In this document: positions 54,658 through 62,938 of the stretch, in pieces
Layout: each line of letters begins with the position of its first letter
Position numbering within the stretch: position 1 is the first letter of the stretch
From: Anaerolineae bacterium
GTDB taxonomy: Bacteria; Chloroflexota; Anaerolineae; JAADDB01
Length of the DNA stretch: 64,000 nucleotides
Assembly: GCA_015490995.1 (NCBI GenBank)
Contig: WFWT01000041.1
Coordinates: forward strand, 1,056-65,055
Reading direction: 5' to 3'
Notes under the pieces: model-generated
Seen by the model: the letters and a program-made list of their open reading frames with translations, nothing else
Databases searched by the model: none
What the model was told of the DNA's origin: nothing
Made by a program: the position numbers and the translations under genes

Positions 54658-55583
54658 TGGACTGGCAGGTGTTCTGGACTGCAGTTCTGGCAGCAATACC
54701 GGCCGGGACGCCGTACCTGTACGCCACGCTGGGGGAAATTTACGCAGAACGGTCGGGGATTCTCAACCTGGGTGTCGAAGGCATGATGATTATGGGTGCG
54801 GTGGTGGGGTTTGGGGTCACCTTGAGTACGGGCAACCCCTGGCTAGGGTTTGCCGCCGCTGCCCTGGCCGGGGCACTGTTGGCCCTTATCCACGCGTTTG
54901 TGAGCATTACCCTGCGGGCGAACCAGATTATCTCAGGGCTGGCTTTGACCATGTTCGGCCTCGGCCTGAGCGGGCTCCTGGGCCGCCGCTATATTGGCAC
55001 GCCGTTACCTGTCCGGGTGCGTGAGGTCCCCATCCCTATTCTCAGCGATATCCCCCTGGTGGGTGATCTCCTTTTCAATCACGACCCCATTGTGTACCTT
55101 TCCTTTGTGCTGGTGCCCGTGCTCGGCTTTTTGCTCTTCCACACCCGTCTGGGCATCAGCATCCGTTCCGTGGGAGAAAATCCCGCAACCGCGGACGCCA
55201 TGGGCGTCAACGTGTTTCGGGTGCGCTACCTATGCACGGTGTGGGGTGGGGTACTGGCGGGAATTGCGGGCGCCTACCTGTCCATTGTGTACGCGCCCGC
55301 CTGGATCGAAGGGATGACCGCCGGTGCGGGGTGGATCGCGATTGCGCTGACGATTTTCGCGTTGTGGAGTCCTTACCGTGCCCTGGTGGGCGCGTACCTC
55401 TTCGGCGGGGTGAAAGTATTGCAGTACCGTCTTCAGCCCTTGGGCGTATCCCCCAACTTGCTAAACACCCTCCCCTTTGTGTTAACCATTCTCGTGTTAT
55501 TGATGGCCACCGGCGAAGTACGCCGCCGTCGCATTGGTATGCCGGCCGCGCTGGGCATCCCATACAGCCGTGAAGAGCGGTAA
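54654..55583 (+). CDS. ABC transporter permease
   Basis: 309 aa multi-TM protein. 4-nt overlap with the previous permease. Confidence 0.85.
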   Translation: MMDWQVFWTAVLAAIPAGTPYLYATLGEIYAERSGILNLGVEGMMIMGAVVGFGVTLSTGNPWLGFAAAALAGALLALIHAFVSITLRANQIISGLALTMFGLGLSGLLGRRYIGTPLPVRVREVPIPILSDIPLVGDLLFNHDPIVYLSFVLVPVLGFLLFHTRLGISIRSVGENPATADAMGVNVFRVRYLCTVWGGVLAGIAGAYLSIVYAPAWIEGMTAGAGWIAIALTIFALWSPYRALVGAYLFGGVKVLQYRLQPLGVSPNLLNTLPFVLTILVLLMATGEVRRRRIGMPAALGIPYSREER

Positions 55584-55608
55584 ATGGGCTTAACGAAAGG
55601 AGGTAGGG

Positions 55609-56385
55609 GTGGGAGCACAGGGACGTGCCACCAAGACACGAACAACAGGCAACACAAGACCCTCTCCAACGCCACGGCAGCAACCTTTTGACCGTGCTCG
55701 TGAAGCCCTGTTGGCCCTAATCGCCAAGGGAGGGTACCGCCCGGGAGATCAACTGCCCCCGGAGCCGGAACTGGCCCGTCAGCTGGGCGTGTCCCGCGCC
55801 ACTTTGCGAGAGCTGTTGCGCACCCTGGAGGTACAAGGGGTTGTGTTGCGTCGGCGCGGGGTGGGCACTTTCGTCAACACACCACCTATCACTGTGGAGA
55901 GCGGTCTGGAAGTGCTGGAGAGCCTGGAAGATGTGATGCGTCGGCGAGGCAAGGAGGTTCAAACCCAGGACCTGCGCATTGTGGAAGAGCCCGCGCTCCC
56001 GAAAGCGGCCTCACGGCTGGGGATCCCGGTAGGCACCCCGCTGGTCATCATCACCCGCACCCGGATGGTGGACAACATTCCCGTCGCCTGGATGATGGAC
56101 GCCCTTCCGGCGACGATCATGTCCCTGGAGGAGGTGCAGGCGCACTTTACCGGCTCGCTCCTGGAGACCATGCGCCAATGGGCCCACCTGCAGATAGCCT
56201 ACGCGTACACTCACGTGCTAGCCGTGGACGCGGACGAAGAGCTGGCCACGGCCTTACGGGTGCCGGTGGGCAAATCCCTGCTTTTCCTGGAGCAGGTTCT
56301 GCACAACACCGATAACCAACCGATGGCGTACGGTCGCCATTACTTTGTGCCCGGCCTAGTGCGCTTTCACGTGGTACGCCGGTAA
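55609..56385 (+). CDS. GntR family (HutC/UTRA subfamily) transcriptional regulator
   Basis: 258 aa, GTG start with AAAGGAGG upstream. LPPEPELARQLGVSRATLRELLRTLEVQGVV HTH and a UTRA-like C-terminal domain. Confidence 0.85.
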   Translation: MGAQGRATKTRTTGNTRPSPTPRQQPFDRAREALLALIAKGGYRPGDQLPPEPELARQLGVSRATLRELLRTLEVQGVVLRRRGVGTFVNTPPITVESGLEVLESLEDVMRRRGKEVQTQDLRIVEEPALPKAASRLGIPVGTPLVIITRTRMVDNIPVAWMMDALPATIMSLEEVQAHFTGSLLETMRQWAHLQIAYAYTHVLAVDADEELATALRVPVGKSLLFLEQVLHNTDNQPMAYGRHYFVPGLVRFHVVRR

Positions 56386-56585
56386 CGGAACGTACCCACA
56401 GCCTATGTTCCCGGGAGCTGCTGGCGGAAACACGGACAACATGGTAAGAAAGGCAAACCTCACCCTTCCCCATCAACGGGCCTGTCCTTATCGTTATGCT
56501 CGTTGGCGAGGGGTGAGGGCTGAAAGGGCGACATAGACGTAAGTTTCCGAGCGCTCCCTACCCTTAGAAGCAAGGAGGCACACAT

Positions 56586-57815
56586 ATGACGCGGGAATCC
56601 CTGACATCTCACGTTCCCGCCGTGCGCAAGGCGGTACAGGAAGCCGAGGAGGCCATCGTCCAATTTCTGCGAGACATCGTGGCCATACCCAGCACCGATG
56701 GCCAGATCCGGGAAGTAGGAGAACGGGTCGGCCAGGAAATGAGCGAGCTGGGCTTCGACGACGTGTGGTTTGACCGCATGGGCAACATCGTTGGCCGCAT
56801 CGGGGATGGACCTGTCATCCTCGTATATGACAGTCACCTGGACACGGTAGGCATTGGCGATCCGGACGCGTGGGCGTGGGATCCGTTCCAGGGCAAGGTG
56901 GAGAACGGTATTCTGTTCGCCCGGGGGGCGTGTGATGAGAAGGGTTCTACCCCCGGCATGGTGTACGGTCTGGCCATCGCCCGACGTCTCGGGCTACTGG
57001 AAGGGGTCACCGCGTACTACTTTGGCAACATGGAGGAATGGTGTGACGGGCTTGCCCCCCACGCCCTGGTGGAGGTGGAAGGCATCCGCCCGGACTTTGT
57101 CGTCATCGGCGAACCCACCCGGATGCAAATCTATCGAGGACACAAAGGTCGGGTGGAAATGAAAGTGGTGGCCAAAGGGCGCTCTGCCCACGCGGCCAGC
57201 AACGAACTGGGGGATAATGCCATTTACAAGCTTCTGCCCATTATTGCAGGCATTCGCGATCTGGGCCCCAAGCTGGGACGTCATCCTTTCCTTGGGGAAG
57301 GCAAGATCACGGTCACCGACATGAAAGTGCGTACCCCCAGCATCAACGCCGTACCCGACGAGGCCACCATCTGGATCGACCGCCGGGTCACCTTCGGGGA
57401 AACCAAAGAGCAGGCATTAGCTGAGGTCGAAGCCCTCATTCCGGCAGCCCACCGGGAGAAAGGGGACATCCGGGTAGAGATCCTGCAATACGACGAACCC
57501 AGCTATACCGGCTTCGTCTTTCCGGTGGAAAAGTACTTCCCGGCCTGGATCCTCGAGGAGGATCATCCCCTGGTCCAGGCAGGACTGGAGGCTTATCGCC
57601 TTTACTTCGGGCAACCTACCCAGACGGGCAAGTGGAACTTCAGCACCAACGGAACCTACTGGATGGGAAAGGCCGGCATTCCCAGCATCGGCTTCGGCCC
57701 GGGGGACGAGGTCCACGCCCACACGGTGCTGGACCAGGTCCCCCTGCAGGATGTGGTGGATGCCACAGGCGTGTACGCCCTGCTGCCCGCGCTGGTCCGT
57801 CCCCTCAAGGGATAG
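56586..57815 (+). CDS. ygeY: YgeY-family M20 peptidase/hydrolase (selenium-metabolism-linked family)
   Basis: 409 aa. Collinear with my recollection of E. coli YgeY: FLRDIVAIPS, DSHLDTVGIG, EEWCDGL, IRPDFVVIGEPT, YRGHKGRVE, GDNAIYK, DRRVTFGET, KWNFSTNG, GFGPGDE. Confidence 0.85.
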   Translation: MTRESLTSHVPAVRKAVQEAEEAIVQFLRDIVAIPSTDGQIREVGERVGQEMSELGFDDVWFDRMGNIVGRIGDGPVILVYDSHLDTVGIGDPDAWAWDPFQGKVENGILFARGACDEKGSTPGMVYGLAIARRLGLLEGVTAYYFGNMEEWCDGLAPHALVEVEGIRPDFVVIGEPTRMQIYRGHKGRVEMKVVAKGRSAHAASNELGDNAIYKLLPIIAGIRDLGPKLGRHPFLGEGKITVTDMKVRTPSINAVPDEATIWIDRRVTFGETKEQALAEVEALIPAAHREKGDIRVEILQYDEPSYTGFVFPVEKYFPAWILEEDHPLVQAGLEAYRLYFGQPTQTGKWNFSTNGTYWMGKAGIPSIGFGPGDEVHAHTVLDQVPLQDVVDATGVYALLPALVRPLKG

Positions 57816-57866
57816 CCCGCGGGGGCATTGCATAGCACCATCTCTCAAGATAAGGAGGCATCGACC

Positions 57867-58844
57867 ATGCAAACAGATCTACGCGGCCGAGATCTCATCA
57901 CCACCCAGGAATGGACGCGCGAGGAACTGGATACCGTCCTGGACGTCGCCTTCCGCCTCAAACGGGAACGCGCGCTGGGCATTCCCCATCCCCTTCTGCG
58001 AGACAAGACGCTGGCCATGCTGTTCTTCTACTCCAGCACCCGGACCCGCTCCTCCTTCGAGGCCGGGATGGCTCAGCTGGGCGGCCATGCCGCGTTCATC
58101 GAATCACGCACCACCCAAATCGCCCACGGAGACACGGCCAAGGAGATCGGCGAAATTCTGGGCCGATACTTCGATGCCATTGCTATCCGAAATGTAGACT
58201 GGCAAATAGGTAACCGGTACATCCGGGATGTGGCCGAGGCCAGCCGGGTACCGGTCTTCAACATGCAATGCGACATCTATCACCCCTTCCAGGTCCTGGC
58301 AGACCTGATGACCATTATCGAGAAAAAGGGGGACCCACGGGGGAAGACCATCACGGTCTCGTGGGCTTATGCGGCCTCTTACCAGAAGCCGTTGAGCGTC
58401 CCGCAATCCCTCATCCTGTTGATGACGCGCTTCGGCATGAACGTGCGCCTGGTCCACCCTCCGGAGTTTCAACTGATGCCCGAGATCGTGGAGCAGGCCC
58501 GGGAGAACGCCCGCCGTTCGGGAGGCACTTTCGAAATTATGGACGACTTCGACGCGGGATTCCGCGACGCGGACGTGGTGTACCCCAAGTCCTGGGGGTG
58601 CTGGCTAACCACCGAAGACCCCGAGGAGAGCGCCCGCATCGCCCAAAAGTACACGGACTGGATTGCTGATGAACGACGGCTGGCCCTTGCCAAGGAGGAT
58701 GTCATCTACATGCATTGCCTGCCCGCGGACCGCAACATCGAGGTGACCGACGCAGTCATTGACGGCCCACACTCTGTGGTGTACGACGAAGCGGAGAACC
58801 GCCTGCACGTCCAAAAGGCCGTTATGGCCTTGACCATGCGTTAA
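57867..58844 (+). CDS. ygeW: YgeW-family knotted carbamoyltransferase
   Basis: Start set at ATG 57867, with AAGGAGG upstream. STRTR, TQIAHGDT, NMQCDIYHPFQVLADL, WAYAASYQKPLSVPQSLILLMTRFGMNV, DADVVYPKSW and YMHCLPAD parallel E. coli YgeW. It is shorter than the E. coli protein. Confidence 0.8.
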   Translation: MQTDLRGRDLITTQEWTREELDTVLDVAFRLKRERALGIPHPLLRDKTLAMLFFYSSTRTRSSFEAGMAQLGGHAAFIESRTTQIAHGDTAKEIGEILGRYFDAIAIRNVDWQIGNRYIRDVAEASRVPVFNMQCDIYHPFQVLADLMTIIEKKGDPRGKTITVSWAYAASYQKPLSVPQSLILLMTRFGMNVRLVHPPEFQLMPEIVEQARENARRSGGTFEIMDDFDAGFRDADVVYPKSWGCWLTTEDPEESARIAQKYTDWIADERRLALAKEDVIYMHCLPADRNIEVTDAVIDGPHSVVYDEAENRLHVQKAVMALTMR

Positions 58845-58872
58845 CCCCTAACAGCAACATCATCTTAGCAGG

Positions 58873-58928
58873 TATCCCCCTGGCCGGACCGGGGGATATG
58901 GGGTGTGGCCTCCCATGACCACACCCCA
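58873..58928 (+). other. two consecutive stem-loops after ygeW
   Basis: TATCCCCC(T)GG / CCGGGGGATA (58873-58898), then a perfect 10-bp TGGGGTGTGG / CCACACCCCA (58899-58928) followed by the pyrimidine run TATCTTCTCTCC. Confidence 0.45.
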
Positions 58929-58989
58929 TATCTTCTCTCCTCTTCCCGACCAGGCTGTGCATTCATCCCAAGGACACGAAGGAGGTGCA

Positions 58990-59931
58990 ATGAGGCCGGT
59001 AGCAGTTGTAGCCATTGGGGGCAATTCCCTCATCAAGGACAAAGCTCACGTGGAGGTAAAATACCAATGGGAAGCCGTACGGGAAACGTGTCGTCACATC
59101 GCGGACCTCATCGCTGAAGGGTGGGACGTGGTGGTCACCCACGGGAACGGACCGCAAGTGGGGTTTATTCTGCGGCGCAACGAATTGGCCGCCCATGAAG
59201 TTCACACCACCCCCTTGGACGTCATTGTGGCCGACACTCAGGGGGCCATCGGGTATATGTTGCAACAATCCCTGGACGCGGAATTCGACCGTCGCGGGAT
59301 GCACCGCCGAGCCATTACCATTGTTACGCAGGTCATCGTTGATCCCAACGATCCTGCCTTCCAACAACCGTCAAAACCCATCGGCGGCTTCCTGACCGAG
59401 GAAGAAGCCAAACGCTTCGCGGCTGAGGGATGGCCGGTGGTAGAGGACGCAGGCCGCGGGTGGCGACGGGTGGTGGCATCGCCGGAACCGGTGGAAATCG
59501 TGGAAGAAGCCGCGATCCGGGACGCGGTACGTCAGGGATGGACCGTCATCGCCGTGGGAGGCGGAGGAATTCCCGTGGTGCGAGAGGCCGATGGTCGGCT
59601 GCGGGGGGTGGCCGCGGTGATCGACAAAGATCGGGCCAGTAGCCTGCTGGCTTCCCGGATCGGCGCCGACCTCTTTCTCATCTCCACGGCCGTAGAGCGG
59701 GTGGCCCTCCACTTTGGCAAACCTAACCAACGCTGGCTGGACCGCATGACCATCAGCGAGGCCAAACAATACATAGCCGAAGGCCACTTCGCCGCCGGCA
59801 GTATGTTGCCTAAGGTAGAAGCTTGTATCCGCTTTTTGGAGGCGGGGGGTAGCCAGGCTATCATTACCAACCCAGAGAACATCACCCGTGCGTTGCGCGG
59901 GGAATCGGGTACCTGGATTGTACCGGATTGA
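58990..59931 (+). CDS. arcC: carbamate kinase
   Basis: Start set at ATG 58990, with GAAGGAGG upstream. VVAIGGNSL, VVTHGNGPQVG and VIAVGGGGIPV motifs. Confidence 0.9.
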   Translation: MRPVAVVAIGGNSLIKDKAHVEVKYQWEAVRETCRHIADLIAEGWDVVVTHGNGPQVGFILRRNELAAHEVHTTPLDVIVADTQGAIGYMLQQSLDAEFDRRGMHRRAITIVTQVIVDPNDPAFQQPSKPIGGFLTEEEAKRFAAEGWPVVEDAGRGWRRVVASPEPVEIVEEAAIRDAVRQGWTVIAVGGGGIPVVREADGRLRGVAAVIDKDRASSLLASRIGADLFLISTAVERVALHFGKPNQRWLDRMTISEAKQYIAEGHFAAGSMLPKVEACIRFLEAGGSQAIITNPENITRALRGESGTWIVPD

Positions 59932-60059
59932 ACGCGGCCTCGCGGTGATACGGACGCCCTTCGCCTGTCCAGAAGGGCCTGGCCGGGCTGCCTGGATACC
60001 CCACAGGAGGTACCTGGCGCGCAATCCGGAATGAGCACAAGGGGCTTTGTGACATCGCC

Positions 60060-60665
60060 GTGGACCGACTTATCTTCAACCTGCTAAGTGTTATCTACGC
60101 CCTCCAAACGGCGCGGGTGATTTACACCCTGGCCCGCCGGTGGACGGCTTTTTGGGATCCGGTGTTTACCCCCGCGGATTGGCGCCTGGCCCAGGAACTG
60201 GGCGTGTTCGTTTTCATCCCGGTGGGGGTATTCTTCCACGAAGTAGGGCACTGGCTGGCAGCCCGCCAGGCCGGACTCATGAACCTGGAATTCCACTATC
60301 GCCTCTTTTGGGGCTATGTAGCTTATACCGGCGCGGTCTCTCCCACCCTAAACTGGTGGATTGCCCTCGCCGGGAATGTGGTCAGCGTGCTCTTTGGGTT
60401 TATCCTAGCCCTGTGGGGATACTACGGCCGAACACTGCCGATACCTGCCCGGTATACCCTCCTTTATGCCGGCCAGGTACAGACCATTTACGCCCTTATC
60501 GGGTATCCTTTGCTCTCCTTTGCCGGCTTTCAAGGGGACTGGGTCACCATCTACGCGTTCGATCGCACCCCGGTGCTCAGCACCGCGGCCCTAATCGCTC
60601 ACCTGGCCTTGCTGTTCGGCAGCGTGCTCTGGTGGCGCTCCCGCGTCTCTCCTACAACCTCATGA
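60060..60665 (+). CDS. small membrane protein with intramembrane HExxH motif (M50/site-2-protease-like)
   Basis: 201 aa, GTG start without a clear RBS. FFHEVGHWLAARQAG sits within a hydrophobic segment. About 5 TM. Confidence 0.5.
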   Translation: MDRLIFNLLSVIYALQTARVIYTLARRWTAFWDPVFTPADWRLAQELGVFVFIPVGVFFHEVGHWLAARQAGLMNLEFHYRLFWGYVAYTGAVSPTLNWWIALAGNVVSVLFGFILALWGYYGRTLPIPARYTLLYAGQVQTIYALIGYPLLSFAGFQGDWVTIYAFDRTPVLSTAALIAHLALLFGSVLWWRSRVSPTTS

Positions 60666-60717
60666 GGCCGTACGGCGCGTTCACCACGATCACCATGCCA
60701 AACAGAGGGGGAGAACA

Positions 60718-62043
60718 ATGCACACACACATACTGGGGCTACGCTGCGTGATCTGCGGCGCCACCTACGCGCCTGACGAAGTGGAATACGTGTGCCCTCA
60801 CCATGGCGACGAGGGCATCCTCGATGTGGTGTACGACTACAAGGTCATTGCCCGACGGACAACACCTGCTCGCATCGCACGCGATCCGGACACCAGCATT
60901 GGACGCTACGAGGCATTACTTCCCATCACCGATCGTACAATGCTGCCCCCCATCCCGGTAGGAGGTACCCCCATGTACCACGCCCGTCGCCTGGGCGAAC
61001 GCCTGGGTCTCCCCCATCTATACATAAAGGACGACGGGCGGAACCCTTCCGCCTCCTTCAAGGACCGCGCCAGTGCGGTGGGCATCGCCCGCGCCCGAGA
61101 ACTGGGACGACACACCATAACGGCCGCGTCCACGGGGAACGCGGCCGCGTCCCTGGCCTTACTGGCCGCCGCCGTGGACTTACCCACCGTCATTTTTGTA
61201 CCGGCCAACGCGCCGGAGGCCAAAGTTGCCCAGCTTCTCATCCACGGCGCCACCGTACTGGCGGTCCAAGGCAGCTACGATGAAGCGTACGATCTCTCCC
61301 TGGCAGCCACACGGCGATTCGGCTGGTACAGCCGTAACACGGGATACAACCCTTACCTGAGCGAGGGCAAGAAGAGCGCAGCGTTCGAGATCTGTGAACA
61401 GTTTACCGCCATGACCCGCCTCCGCCTCTCAGCCCTACATGGCCACCGGAGCGATTGGACACACGCCACCGGTGACCGGTGGGACGCGCCAGATCGTATT
61501 TTCGTGGCGGTAGGGGACGGATGCATCATCGGTGGGCTGGGGAAAGGGCTGCGAGATCTGGCAGCTTTGGGCTGGATCGAGAAGATACCGCGATTGATGG
61601 GCGTCCAGGCCGAAGGATCCGCCGCCATCTACCAAGCGTGGAAGGCAGGGACCGAGACCATCACCCCCGTCACCCCGACCACCCTGGCCGACAGCATCAG
61701 CGTGGGCAAACCCCGGGATGCTATCAAAGCCCTACGGGCCGTACGCGAGACCAACGGTGCCATGATCCTGGTACAGGACGAAGAGATCCTCGAAGCCATG
61801 CGCCAGCTCGGACGAGACGCTGCCATCTTTGCCGAGCCCGCCGCCGCGGCCGCCTTCGCCGGCCTCATACGCGCTGTCCAAGAAGGACACATCGACCCCG
61901 CCGAACGCATTGTGGTGCTCATCACCGGACATGGCCTGAAGGATGTACGGGCCGCGGTGCAGGCGGCCGGTCGCCCCGTGCCTCTCCCACCAACAGCAGA
62001 CGCTCTGGACCGCCTCAAAGAATGGTTGCCGTCACAGCTCTAG
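60718..62043 (+). CDS. thrC: threonine synthase (fold-type II PLP enzyme with N-terminal zinc ribbon)
   Basis: 441 aa. LRCVICGATY...YVCPHHG, NPSASFKDRAS lysine motif, TAASTGNAAAS, GHGLKD. Confidence 0.7.
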   Translation: MHTHILGLRCVICGATYAPDEVEYVCPHHGDEGILDVVYDYKVIARRTTPARIARDPDTSIGRYEALLPITDRTMLPPIPVGGTPMYHARRLGERLGLPHLYIKDDGRNPSASFKDRASAVGIARARELGRHTITAASTGNAAASLALLAAAVDLPTVIFVPANAPEAKVAQLLIHGATVLAVQGSYDEAYDLSLAATRRFGWYSRNTGYNPYLSEGKKSAAFEICEQFTAMTRLRLSALHGHRSDWTHATGDRWDAPDRIFVAVGDGCIIGGLGKGLRDLAALGWIEKIPRLMGVQAEGSAAIYQAWKAGTETITPVTPTTLADSISVGKPRDAIKALRAVRETNGAMILVQDEEILEAMRQLGRDAAIFAEPAAAAAFAGLIRAVQEGHIDPAERIVVLITGHGLKDVRAAVQAAGRPVPLPPTADALDRLKEWLPSQL

Positions 62044-62158
62044 GACCGATGACAGACCTCCGTTTTTACAACGCGAAAGGGGCATTGCACGAAGCACGGC
62101 AAAACACAACACATTGCCCGGCTTACCAAGAGGCATTAGTACTCCAGTACGGTGTACC

Positions 62159-62938
62159 ATGACGGCATTCTGGACGCAAATGGGTAACCTTTTACCGTTC
62201 CGTGCGTTGATCGGGATGAGCCCAATCAAACCGAACGGGCCGGGAAGGAGGCGCGACAGAAACATCCCCATCCCGCGGGAGGGCAGTAATCCAGTGTCGG
62301 CGACAATTCAGACCCTTGTTGGCGTTCTGTGGGCATACGCCACCAGAGCACAACCGACGCGCCTCACTTCACCCGTTGAGGATGAGGAAGATCTCATCGA
62401 ACGGGCCAAACGTTTCGACCCGGAAGCGTGGGACGTGATTTTTAACCGTTACTACCCGGAAATTTACGCATATCTTCGGTACCGCACCGCCACGCCGGAA
62501 GACGCGGAGGACTTGGCCGCCACGGTGTTTGAGCGGGCAGTGACGCACATTCACTCGTACCGGTACCGAGGACAGAACCTAGGTGCCTGGTTACAGCGCA
62601 TCGCTACCAACCTGGTGACCGACTATTATCGCCGCCGTCGCCTTCCCACCCGTCGACCAGAAGAGCTTCCCCAGCACGTGCACGCGGAGGACACATCGCC
62701 CATAGAACATGTGCTGCGGCAGGACACGGTAGATCAAGTACACCAGGCGCTCCAACGACTGCCCGACCGTCAGCGGGACGTGTTGATCCTGCGCTTCTTG
62801 TTGGGATATTCCCTGGAAGAGACGGCTACCATTATGGGAACCAACGTGAACGCCGTGAAGGCCCTACAACACCGGGCGTTGAAGAAGTTCCGCCAAGCAT
62901 GGCAAGCCATCGAGGCGCCAGATGAACGTAGACCCTGA
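62159..62938 (+). CDS. ECF-type RNA polymerase sigma-70 factor
   Basis: Region 2 (FNRYYPEIYAYLRYR..DAEDLAATVFERA) and region 4 (RQRDVLILRFLLGYSLEETATIMGTNVNAVKALQHRAL). The start is uncertain: ATG 62159, ATG 62216 or GTG 62294. The ORF track start at 61943 overlaps thrC and is unlikely. Confidence 0.75.
   Translation: MTAFWTQMGNLLPFRALIGMSPIKPNGPGRRRDRNIPIPREGSNPVSATIQTLVGVLWAYATRAQPTRLTSPVEDEEDLIERAKRFDPEAWDVIFNRYYPEIYAYLRYRTATPEDAEDLAATVFERAVTHIHSYRYRGQNLGAWLQRIATNLVTDYYRRRRLPTRRPEELPQHVHAEDTSPIEHVLRQDTVDQVHQALQRLPDRQRDVLILRFLLGYSLEETATIMGTNVNAVKALQHRALKKFRQAWQAIEAPDERRP

Noticed and set aside
56388-56410. Split SOS-like site GAACGTA-N9-TATGTTC resembling the lexA box halves
   Set aside because: The spacing is wrong for LexA (N4 is required). 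The two halves simply form an RNA/DNA hairpin directly after the gntR stop codon.
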